NCBI GenBank assembly: GCA_040219255.1
Contig: JAVJSW010000068.1
Span: 128,001 to 192,000 of the forward strand
Direction: 5' to 3'
Length of the DNA: 64,000 bases
Origin: Sumerlaeia bacterium
GTDB taxonomy: Bacteria > Sumerlaeota > Sumerlaeia > SLMS01 > JAHLLQ01
A program made the translations under genes and the position numbers. The notes under the pieces were generated by a model. That model worked only from the letters and a program-made list of their open reading frames with translations. It was not told where the DNA came from and did no database searches. Shown here piece after piece: positions 10,502-18,913 of the stretch (position 1 is its first letter; every line of letters starts with the position of its first letter).

Positions 10502-11776
10502 ATGGTTTCCGCAAAGACCTTTGTCGCCAGTTTGTCAATTCTTTGTCTGATTCCTACGATGGCGGGAGCGCTGCCGCCGTGCGTGGAGGACTCGGGGGAC
10601 CGGGTGGTTCTGCGGGGCAAAGATTGCGTCCAGCCGCCCGCCTATCTGGTGGGAGCCCGCGACGGGCGGGCTTTCTATCGAGACGCCGCGATGACAGACG
10701 ACCACCTGACCGCCACCGTCTGGGAAGTCGATGCCAAGACCGGAGAGCAAACCGCGGAAGTCTCGATGCGGATGACCTGGAAGCCGATGGGCGATGGGCG
10801 GGTGGGCGAAATCGCCACGCCCGCGGGCGAAATCCTGCCGATTCTGGTCTTTCCCGAGCAGCCCGTTTATGGCGGCGAACCCTGGACGTTCACTCAGTGG
10901 GGCGATACGCTGGTGTTTTCGCTCGAAGGAATGACATACCCGCCGAAGAATGGAAACACCATGCGTGAATACGTCGTGGTCTTCGATTTGGCCGGGCGGC
11001 CGCCCGCCGTGCGCGAGGTGGGGCTGCTGCCGGCCGGCTGGCATAACTACGCGCCCATCCCCGGAGGCGATGGCGATGGGCTGGTGTCGTACTCCGATGG
11101 CTCGGTAACCGACTCGTTGCTGATGCGCATCCGGGACGAAGATCGGTCCGTGGTCTGGGAAGCCGGCGGCCTCCAGTTTTTCCGGCCTGTGATGTCAGAG
11201 GACGGATCGGCGGCATTCACGCTGGCGCCGGACGGGGTGAGTCTGGTGGAAGTGGACCTTGAGACGGGCGAGACCCGGCGGTTCGCTTGGAAGGCGCCTT
11301 TATCGTTCGAGGAGGACCCGTTGGCGTTGGCGGTTTTCCCCCGGTCGGTGGTCAGCCCCGATGGCGGGCGGACGCTGTACTACATGATCGATCAGCCCGG
11401 CATCGGCAACGACGCGGCGCTGGTGCGGGCGGACCGGAAGGCGGGGACTCTGGAACCGGTAATGGGTGTGGCGTCGGACCTGGGCTGGCTGCAGGCGGTG
11501 GATGAGGACACGCTGCTGGTAACCAGCTACCGAGGCGGTATGAGGATGGCTTTGGTGGATCTGGGGTCCAGCGAAGTCCATCCGGTGGAGGACCTGTTGG
11601 TGGGCTGCTCGGCCATTCAGCATGGCGTCATTTCCGCCGAGCCGGTTTGGAATTTCGCGGACCGGCTGGGTTCGGTGAAGGCGGAAGGGGGCAAGGCCAA
11701 GGCTTCCGTGCGCGAACGGCTGTGGGATTTCGACATCGAGACGTGGCGAAACAGGGCGGTGGCGAGCGAGCGGTAG
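10502..11776 (+). CDS. Secreted hypothetical protein, probable beta-propeller
   Basis: Signal peptide ending AGA-LPP; propeller-like segments (MSEDGSAAF, SPDGGRTLYY, VDLETGE). Confidence 0.75.
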   Translation: MVSAKTFVASLSILCLIPTMAGALPPCVEDSGDRVVLRGKDCVQPPAYLVGARDGRAFYRDAAMTDDHLTATVWEVDAKTGEQTAEVSMRMTWKPMGDGRVGEIATPAGEILPILVFPEQPVYGGEPWTFTQWGDTLVFSLEGMTYPPKNGNTMREYVVVFDLAGRPPAVREVGLLPAGWHNYAPIPGGDGDGLVSYSDGSVTDSLLMRIRDEDRSVVWEAGGLQFFRPVMSEDGSAAFTLAPDGVSLVEVDLETGETRRFAWKAPLSFEEDPLALAVFPRSVVSPDGGRTLYYMIDQPGIGNDAALVRADRKAGTLEPVMGVASDLGWLQAVDEDTLLVTSYRGGMRMALVDLGSSEVHPVEDLLVGCSAIQHGVISAEPVWNFADRLGSVKAEGGKAKASVRERLWDFDIETWRNRAVASER

Positions 11777-11931
11777 CGCTCCAAAAAGCCTTTTATCCCT
11801 CTAAGGCCGCTTTCGTTCCCTCAAAGGCGTTGACCGAAGTGAGATTCGTGTGGGAAGACTTTAGTCTCGGAACCTACGCGCTACGAGCACGCGGGTTCCG
11901 CAGTTCTGCGCGCATCGAAAGCGAGGTCATT

Positions 11932-13032
11932 GTGGCTCTGACAACGGACGCCTCTCCCCAGATCACCCCAGCCGCGACGGAGGCCAACGCCCCCCGTCGA
12001 CGAGGCCGGTTGGTGTTGAAAGACGGCTCGATTTTCGAGGGTTACGGCTTCGGCGCTATCCGCCCGGTGAAGGGCGAAGTGGTCTTCAACACCGGCATGG
12101 TCGGCTATCCCGAGTCCTTCACGGACCCGTCTTACCGCGGGGAAATCCTGTGCCTGACGTACCCGCTGATCGGCAACTACGGCATCGCGGGGGAACTCCA
12201 GTACTTCGAGAGCGACCGCGCCCAGATCAGCGGTCTGGTGATCGCGGAATACAGCGAAGATTTCAGCCACTGGACCGCCAAGAAAAGCCTGGGCGATTGG
12301 CTGGCCGAGCACAACGTTCCCGGCCTGACGGGCGTGGATACGCGGGCGCTGACGAAGCGGCTGCGCGAAACCGGCACCATGGCCGGTCATATCGAATTCG
12401 ACGACATCGCCGAGGAGCCGGTGGCCTTTGGCGACGCGCCGGTGCGCGATGTGTCGCCCCGCGAGGCCAAGCTCTTTGGCAAAGGCACGAAACGCGTGGC
12501 GCTGCTGAACTGCGGCTGCAAAGGCAACATCCTCCAGAGCCTCGTGAACCGCGGCGTGGAGGTGCTGGACCTGCCCTGGAACCACGACATCGCCAAGGAA
12601 GCCTTCGACGGTCTGCTGCTGTCCAACGGCCCCGGGGATCCGAAGGCCAACGGCGAGGCGATCCTGAAGGTGCGCGGGGCGCTGAAGCGCGAAACGCCGG
12701 TCTTCGGCATTTGCCTCGGGCACCAGTTGCTGGCGCTCGCCATCGGCGCGGACACGTACAAGCTCAAGTACGGCCATCGCAGCCAGAACCAGCCGGTGCG
12801 CCTGAAGGGCACGAACCGCTGCTTCGTCACGAGCCAGAACCACGGCTTCGCGGTGGATGCGCGGACGTTGCCGGAGGGCTGGCACGAGTGGTTCACGAAC
12901 CTGAACGACGGCACGAACGAGGGCATCCGCCACGAGAACGGCCTCTGGCGCAGCGTCCAGTTCCACCCGGAAGCCCGCCCGGGCCCGGTGGATACAGGGC
13001 ATCTGTTCGATGAGTTCGTGGAGCAGTTGTAA
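11932..13032 (+). CDS. carA: Carbamoyl-phosphate synthase small subunit
   Basis: GEVVFNTGMVGYPESFTDPSYRGEIL, SNGPGDP, GICLGHQ (catalytic Cys), QFHPE. GTG start after GAGGT. Confidence 0.96.
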   Translation: MALTTDASPQITPAATEANAPRRRGRLVLKDGSIFEGYGFGAIRPVKGEVVFNTGMVGYPESFTDPSYRGEILCLTYPLIGNYGIAGELQYFESDRAQISGLVIAEYSEDFSHWTAKKSLGDWLAEHNVPGLTGVDTRALTKRLRETGTMAGHIEFDDIAEEPVAFGDAPVRDVSPREAKLFGKGTKRVALLNCGCKGNILQSLVNRGVEVLDLPWNHDIAKEAFDGLLLSNGPGDPKANGEAILKVRGALKRETPVFGICLGHQLLALAIGADTYKLKYGHRSQNQPVRLKGTNRCFVTSQNHGFAVDARTLPEGWHEWFTNLNDGTNEGIRHENGLWRSVQFHPEARPGPVDTGHLFDEFVEQL

Positions 13033-13033
13033 G

Positions 13034-13303
13034 ATGGCCAGAATCGTAAAGGCTGACTTGCCAGATATTGTATACTCAGCAATCCAAGAACTTGGTGGAG
13101 ACGCTGAAATCTGGGAGATCTGCAAGAAAATCTGGGATACACATGAACTTGATCTGCGCGAGTCAGGGGAGCTTTTCTACACTTGGCAATACGAAATGAG
13201 ATGGGCTGGAGAGTACCTCTCGAAAGAAGGGAAAATAGGACGTACGAGGGGTAAGGGTCACAAAGGTCGCTGGTATATAACACACGCATCCAACCAACTG
13301 TGA
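13034..13303 (+). CDS. Small winged-helix-like protein (Mrr N-terminal-like), low GC
   Basis: MARIVKADLPDIVYSAIQELGG...WQYEMRWAGEYLSKEGKI...GRWYIT resembles Mrr_N wHTH; starts 1 nt after the carA stop. Confidence 0.7.
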   Translation: MARIVKADLPDIVYSAIQELGGDAEIWEICKKIWDTHELDLRESGELFYTWQYEMRWAGEYLSKEGKIGRTRGKGHKGRWYITHASNQL

Positions 13304-13348
13304 TCCGCGAGTAAGGCTAAGGATCTGAAAGATCTGAAGGAACAGCCT

Positions 13349-13531
13349 TCATGTCTCAGGATCGAGGTCATACCCTGGCAAGCGCTGCATGGTCCATAGA
13401 TCGAATTTTTGTAGGAGCTCATCGAACGGGTCTTCATGAGTCTCTATCCATCCCTCGCGCTTGGCTTTTTCAAAAGCCATTATCCACTCTCGGCCATAGG
13501 GATGGAAATCTTCCTCGGGATTTCGATACAT
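13349..13531 (-). CDS. Possible small hypothetical protein (60 aa) in low-GC insert
   Basis: MYRNPEEDFHPYGREW...; GGAG 7 nt upstream; protein-like composition, but short. Confidence 0.35.
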   Translation of the reverse strand: MYRNPEEDFHPYGREWIMAFEKAKREGWIETHEDPFDELLQKFDLWTMQRLPGYDLDPET

Positions 13532-13623
13532 CTGCCATCTCCAACAAAGTGAAATCTAGTTTACTTAACCAATTCTCCGCCTACCCGGCAACCCAAACCA
13601 AACCCCACCAAAGGCCACCACAA

Positions 13624-16600
13624 ATGACCGCACTGCAGGAAGCCCCCACCATCGAGAAGCCCAACACGGTGCTTATTCTCGGGTCCTCCGCCCTCAAAAT
13701 CGGCGAGGCGGGCGAGTTCGATTATTCGGGAAGCCAGGCCATCAAGGCTCTGCGCGAAGAGGGCATTCGAACGATCGTCATCAACCCGAACATCGCCACC
13801 ACGCAGACCAGCGAAGGGCTGGCGGACGAGATTTATTTCCTGCCGGTGACGCCGTATTTCGCCGAGAAGGTGATCGCCAAGGAACGGCCCGACGGCATTC
13901 TGCTGTCCTGTGGCGGCCAGACGGCGCTGAACTGCGGCGTGGCGCTCTACGAGGCGGGGGTTCTGGAGAAGTACAACGTGCGGGTGCTGGGCACTCCGGT
14001 GCCGGTGATCCAGGACACGGAAGATCGCGACCTGTTCTCGCGCAAGCTGGCGGAAATCGGCGTTCCCACCCCCCGCAGCCACGCCGCCACGGGCACCCAG
14101 CAGGCGGTCGCCATCGCCGAGGAGTTGGGTTATCCGGTGATGGTGCGCATCGCCTACGCGCTCGGTGGCCTGGGCAGCGGCATTTGCCGCGACGAAGCTC
14201 AGCTCCGCGAGCGTGCCGACAAGGCCTTCAAGCACACCAAGCAAATCCTGGTGGAGGAGTACCTGACGGGCTGGAAGGAAATCGAGTACGAGGTCGTGCG
14301 CGACCGCCATGGCAACGGCATCACGGTCTGTAACATGGAGAACTTCGACCCGCTGGGTATCCACACCGGCGAGTCTATCGTGGTGGCGCCGAGCCAGACG
14401 CTCTCCAACCAGGACTACCATCACCTGCGCGAGGTGGCTCTGAAGACGATCAACCACCTGGGCATCGTGGGCGAGTGCAACATCCAGTACGCCGTGGACC
14501 CGCACAGCGACGAGTTCCGCGTGATCGAGGTCAACGCGCGCCTGTCGCGTTCGTCGGCGCTGGCCAGCAAAGCCACGGGCTATCCGCTGGCATTCGTATC
14601 GACCAAGCTGGCTCTTGGCTACGGCCTGTTCGAGCTGCCGAATTCGATCACCAAGACGACCGGGGCGTTTTTCGAACCGGCGCTGGATTACTGCGTGGTG
14701 AAGGTGCCGCGGTGGGACCTGAAGAAGTTCCGCAACGTGAGCCGGCGCCTGGGTTCGGGCATGAAGTCCGTGGGCGAAGTGATGGCTATCGGCCGGCGCT
14801 TCGAGGAAGCCTTGCAGAAGGCGCTGCGGATGCTCGACATCGGCGCCATGGGCCTGACCGGTAACGATCAGGAATTCAAGGACCTGGACGAGGAGCTGCG
14901 CTATCCCACGGACCGCCGCGTATTCGCCATCGCGGCCGCCATGGAGCAGGGCTACACGATCGAGCAACTGCACGACATCACGCACATCGACCGCTGGTTC
15001 CTGGCGAAAATCGCGGCGGTGCTCAAGCTCGATCGGCAGCTCGCCGCGGCGGGCAAGACGATCCCGGAGCCGCTGCTGCTGGAGGCCAAGAAGAGCGGTT
15101 TCAGCGACGAGCAGATCGGCGCCACCACCGGCCAGAGCGCCGAGGACGTGCGCCTTCAGCGCGAACGCCTTCACCTGCACCCCATCGTGCGCCAGATCGA
15201 TACGCTGGCCGGCGAATATCCCGCCCAGACCAACTACCTCTACCTGACCTACAACGGGATCGCCGACGATGTGGAGTTCACCGAATTCAACACCGTCCTG
15301 ATCCTCGGCTCCGGCGCCTACCGCATCGGGTGCTCCGTCGAGTTCGACTGGTGCTGCGTCACCACGGGCAAGACGATGCAGGAACTGGGTTATTCGACGG
15401 CGATGCTGAACTGTAACCCGGAAACGGTTTCGACGGATTACGATGAATTCGACCGGTTGTTCTTCGACGAAATCACGGCGGAAAGTGTCCTGGAAGTCGT
15501 GCGCAAGATCAACCCGCTGGGCGTCGTGGTCAGCATGGGCGGCCAGGTGCCGAACACGCTGGCTCCGAAACTGCACAAGGCTGGTGTGACCCTGCTGGGC
15601 ACGGCGGCGGAGAACATCGACCGGGCGGAAGACCGGCACAAGTTCAGCTCGCTCCTCGACCGCATTGGCGTGGACCAGCCGGCCTGGGCCGAGTTGCGGA
15701 CGACGAGCGAGGCGCTCGAGTTCGCCAACCGCGTCGGCTACCCGGTGCTGGTGCGGCCCAGCTATGTGCTCTCCGGCGCGGCGATGGCCGTGGCGACAGG
15801 CGACGCCGAGCTGACCAAGTTCCTCTCCGCCGCGGAAGATGTCAGCAAAGACCATCCGGTGGTGATCTCGAAGTTTCTGGAGAACGCCAAGGAGATCGAA
15901 TTCGACGCGGTGGCGCGCAAGGGCGAAATCCTGTGCTACGCCATCAGCGAGCACGTGGAAAACGCCGGCGTCCACAGCGGCGACGCGACCCTGGTGCTGC
16001 CGCCGCAGCGCACATACCTGGAGACGATCCGCCAGATCCGCGCGGCGGCGGAGGAAATCGCCAAGGAGCTGGACATCAACGGCCCCTTCAACATCCAGTT
16101 CATCGCCAAAAACAATTCGGTGAAGGTGATCGAGTGCAACCTGCGGGCGTCGCGTTCCTTCCCGTTCGTCAGCAAAATTCTGCGGACGAATCTGGCGGAG
16201 CTGGCGGCCAAAGTTCTCGTCGGCCGGCCCGTCGAGAAAGTGGAGCGGAGCCACTTCGACATCGACTTCGTGGGCGTCAAGGCGCCGCAATTCAGCTTCG
16301 CCCGCCTCGAAGGGGCGGACCCGACGCTGGGCGTGGAAATGGCCTCGACGGGCGAGGTCGCCTGCCTGGGCAAGGACTTCTACGAAGCGTTCCTGAAGGC
16401 CCTCATTTCCGTCGGCTATAAGATGCCGGTGAAGCGCGTTCTGCTTTCGACGGGGCCGAAGGAAACGAAGGCGGAAATGCTCGAAGCGCTGCGGATGATG
16501 GCCGACCAGGGCATCGAGTTCTACGCCACCTGGGGCACGGCGGACTTCCTGGAGGAGCACGGGCTCAAGGCGAAGCGGCTCCACTGGCCGCTGACCAAGC

Positions 16601-16887
16601 AGTCGCCCCATTGCGTGGAGGCGATCCAGAGCGGCGAAATCGACTTGGTGATCAACATCCCGAAGAACTACCAGGAAGAAGAGCTGACGAACGACTACCT
16701 GATCCGGCGGGCGGCGGTGGATTACAACGTGCCGCTGATCACGAACCGCCAGATCGCGATGCGCATGGCGGAGGCGCTTTCCGCCAAGAGCCTCGACGAC
16801 CTGAAGATCATGTCCTGGCGGGACTATCGGCCGGAGCTGGGCAAGAAGAAGGAGTCGGGGATCAAACCGGCCCCGGCGTCGCGCTGA
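13624..16887 (+). CDS. carB: Carbamoyl-phosphate synthase large subunit
   Basis: IGEAGEFDYSGSQA, IEVNARLSRSSALASKATGYP, two ATP-grasp domains and C-terminal MGS domain. Start MTALQE. Confidence 0.97.
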   Translation: MTALQEAPTIEKPNTVLILGSSALKIGEAGEFDYSGSQAIKALREEGIRTIVINPNIATTQTSEGLADEIYFLPVTPYFAEKVIAKERPDGILLSCGGQTALNCGVALYEAGVLEKYNVRVLGTPVPVIQDTEDRDLFSRKLAEIGVPTPRSHAATGTQQAVAIAEELGYPVMVRIAYALGGLGSGICRDEAQLRERADKAFKHTKQILVEEYLTGWKEIEYEVVRDRHGNGITVCNMENFDPLGIHTGESIVVAPSQTLSNQDYHHLREVALKTINHLGIVGECNIQYAVDPHSDEFRVIEVNARLSRSSALASKATGYPLAFVSTKLALGYGLFELPNSITKTTGAFFEPALDYCVVKVPRWDLKKFRNVSRRLGSGMKSVGEVMAIGRRFEEALQKALRMLDIGAMGLTGNDQEFKDLDEELRYPTDRRVFAIAAAMEQGYTIEQLHDITHIDRWFLAKIAAVLKLDRQLAAAGKTIPEPLLLEAKKSGFSDEQIGATTGQSAEDVRLQRERLHLHPIVRQIDTLAGEYPAQTNYLYLTYNGIADDVEFTEFNTVLILGSGAYRIGCSVEFDWCCVTTGKTMQELGYSTAMLNCNPETVSTDYDEFDRLFFDEITAESVLEVVRKINPLGVVVSMGGQVPNTLAPKLHKAGVTLLGTAAENIDRAEDRHKFSSLLDRIGVDQPAWAELRTTSEALEFANRVGYPVLVRPSYVLSGAAMAVATGDAELTKFLSAAEDVSKDHPVVISKFLENAKEIEFDAVARKGEILCYAISEHVENAGVHSGDATLVLPPQRTYLETIRQIRAAAEEIAKELDINGPFNIQFIAKNNSVKVIECNLRASRSFPFVSKILRTNLAELAAKVLVGRPVEKVERSHFDIDFVGVKAPQFSFARLEGADPTLGVEMASTGEVACLGKDFYEAFLKALISVGYKMPVKRVLLSTGPKETKAEMLEALRMMADQGIEFYATWGTADFLEEHGLKAKRLHWPLTKQSPHCVEAIQSGEIDLVINIPKNYQEEELTNDYLIRRAAVDYNVPLITNRQIAMRMAEALSAKSLDDLKIMSWRDYRPELGKKKESGIKPAPASR

Positions 16888-16895
16888 TGGCTCTG

Positions 16896-16927
16896 CCGGT
16901 GGGCCGCGGACCGGCGCGGCCCGCCGG
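16896..16927. terminator. GC-rich hairpin between convergent genes (possible terminator)
   Basis: CCGGTGGGCCGCG-gaccgg-CGCGGCCCGCCGG, 13-bp stem; no U tract. Confidence 0.4.
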
Positions 16928-16935
16928 TCGACCCG

Positions 16936-18429
16936 CTATTGATTCACCAGCGATTTGACTTCGTGAATGAATTCGTTGATATCGCCGGTGTAGTTGACGC
17001 GGCCGATTTCCCGGCCGTTGGCGTCGAAGCGAACGGCGGTGGGAAGACGCACGATCAGGTACTTCCTCGCTGTCTCGGAATTGCGCCCCACGTTGGTCAT
17101 GGCGAAGTTGACGTCCCTCAGGGTCCGTTGACCATCGACCGAATAAACCCAGTCGATGGTGGCTTCGCTCGGTTCGGTGAAGAGGGTGTAGAAGAACCGG
17201 ATCGCGGGGGCGTTTTTCTTGGCGATCAGTTCATTGACGTCCTGGGGCTGGCGGGGAGGCGTGAAGAGCGGCCAGGGGTCCTTCTTGTTGTCCATTTCCT
17301 TGATGCGGCCGTCTTCGATGGTGAAGATGCCATTCTTGTCGTCGTCGTTCGGCAGGTAACGCAGGTCGGGCGATTCCCATTGGTACGTGCCGTCGACGCA
17401 GTATTTGAAGCGGTAGGTGTCGGGCGGCAGGAAAAGGGTCTTGCTGAAGTAGCCGCCGCCGAGGCTTTCCATCTTGCAGACCTCGTTGGTGATGGAGCCA
17501 TCGACGTGGTTGCCCCAGCCGTTGAATTCGCCGGGCAGGTAGAGGGTGGTGGCGGTTGGGTGATAGACGGCGAACTGGACGCCGTGCCCGGTGACGCGGG
17601 GTGGAAAATAGAAAGCGTCGGGCGAGGCGGTGGGGGGGCTGCCCGCATCGAGGGCGGCGGGAGTGTTGGTGGGACCGGGGGTTGGCGTCGGCGGGGTCAG
17701 GGGAACGACGAAGGCGCGGCGGCCCTGGGCGTTGAGGGGAAGTTCCTCCGCGCCGTGGAGCCAGCGGTCGGCCCGCTGGTCGAGATTGATCATGTAGCTG
17801 TATTCGCCCGGTTCGAGGCGGACGACCTTGACGAAGTCGCCACCCTTCACGCGGAACATTTTGTGGGCGTAGTCCGTGATGACGCCGTCCTTGACATTGC
17901 CCCAGTTGTTGAAGCTTCCGGCGAGGAAGGCGGTGTCGGAATTGGGGGCGTAGAGGCGGAATTCGACGCCGTGATGGAGAAACCGGGGCATGTAGACGTA
18001 GGGAGTTCCCTCCAGGTCCAGGCTGCCGCTCTCGCGCACGCGCAGGATGTTTTCACCCTCGGGCGTGCAGGGCAGGCGGTCGGGATCGATCGGGAGGCGC
18101 GCCTGCCACTCGCCATCGACGACGAAGCGGAAGCGATGGGTGCCGGGGCCGAGCGGCACAATCAGGCGAAAGACGCCGTCCGAGCCTTTGTCCATCAGAG
18201 CGTCGGGGGAAGGCTGATCGCCGCCCGGGCGCGAACCCCAGTTGTTGAATGAACCGGCGAGTTGAACCTGGCGGGCGTTGGGGGCGAGAATCGAGAAGAT
18301 GATTCCCTGGGAGGAGGATTGAGGAATCAGCGGTGTGGGATCGGACTGCGCGCGCGCCGGACCGGACAAAGCCAGCGACAGCGCGAGCACCGCGAGAATA
18401 GACCAAAGCGCAGAAGAGCGAACGTTCAC
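16936..18429 (-). CDS. Secreted protein with three CBM48/AMPK-type glycogen-binding domains and a C-terminal thioredoxin-like domain
   Basis: Signal peptide ...SGPARA-Q; three AP/HP..A..V/L.L(A/P)G(S/E)FN(N/G)W modules with Y/H.F.F.VDG.W; Trx-like tail (ARKYLIVRLPTAVRFDANGREIGR). GTG start inferred. Confidence 0.82.
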   Translation of the reverse strand: MNVRSSALWSILAVLALSLALSGPARAQSDPTPLIPQSSSQGIIFSILAPNARQVQLAGSFNNWGSRPGGDQPSPDALMDKGSDGVFRLIVPLGPGTHRFRFVVDGEWQARLPIDPDRLPCTPEGENILRVRESGSLDLEGTPYVYMPRFLHHGVEFRLYAPNSDTAFLAGSFNNWGNVKDGVITDYAHKMFRVKGGDFVKVVRLEPGEYSYMINLDQRADRWLHGAEELPLNAQGRRAFVVPLTPPTPTPGPTNTPAALDAGSPPTASPDAFYFPPRVTGHGVQFAVYHPTATTLYLPGEFNGWGNHVDGSITNEVCKMESLGGGYFSKTLFLPPDTYRFKYCVDGTYQWESPDLRYLPNDDDKNGIFTIEDGRIKEMDNKKDPWPLFTPPRQPQDVNELIAKKNAPAIRFFYTLFTEPSEATIDWVYSVDGQRTLRDVNFAMTNVGRNSETARKYLIVRLPTAVRFDANGREIGRVNYTGDINEFIHEVKSLVNQ

Positions 18430-18913
18430 CGATCGGATATCCTTAGGGTTTTCGAGGAGTTGTGGACACAAAATAGGAGCGGATTGCAACGGTCAAAAAT
18501 GCCCGCCGGACACAGCTTGGAGCAATGCTTTTCAAACCAGGGCGGCAAGCCGGGGGGAGGGCGGCTGGGTGCGGGGCAGACGGTCCGCCCGAAGAAAGCC
18601 TCGCGTCAAAGTCCAGACAGCGCCTTTTATTTGGTCATACAAACGAAAGGTCTTTGATTATTCGGCCTTTCATTCTTTTTTCCGATGTTTTCAGCACACC
18701 CGGGGACTCCATCCTCCAGGGCGCTGGGCGAGGCCTTTTTCGGATTCCTTTCCCATCCGGCCCGGGCGATCGCCAGCTTTTGGAACGGCCCCTACTAAAA
18801 CCCATCCACCGTTGGCATTTCACGGGGGAACCTCACGCCTTGACCACTGGGCGGGGGATCGCGGATAGGGATGGGTCTTGACCACCTCATTGCCGCGAAG
18901 GGCCCCCCTCGTC

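Noticed and set aside
13351-13623. N-terminal extension of CarB in the ORF track (likewise extensions of 409-2409, 2325-6041, 11647-13032, 52260-55688)
   Set aside because: Extensions precede the homologous starts, overlap other genes or the low-GC insert, and lack protein-like character.
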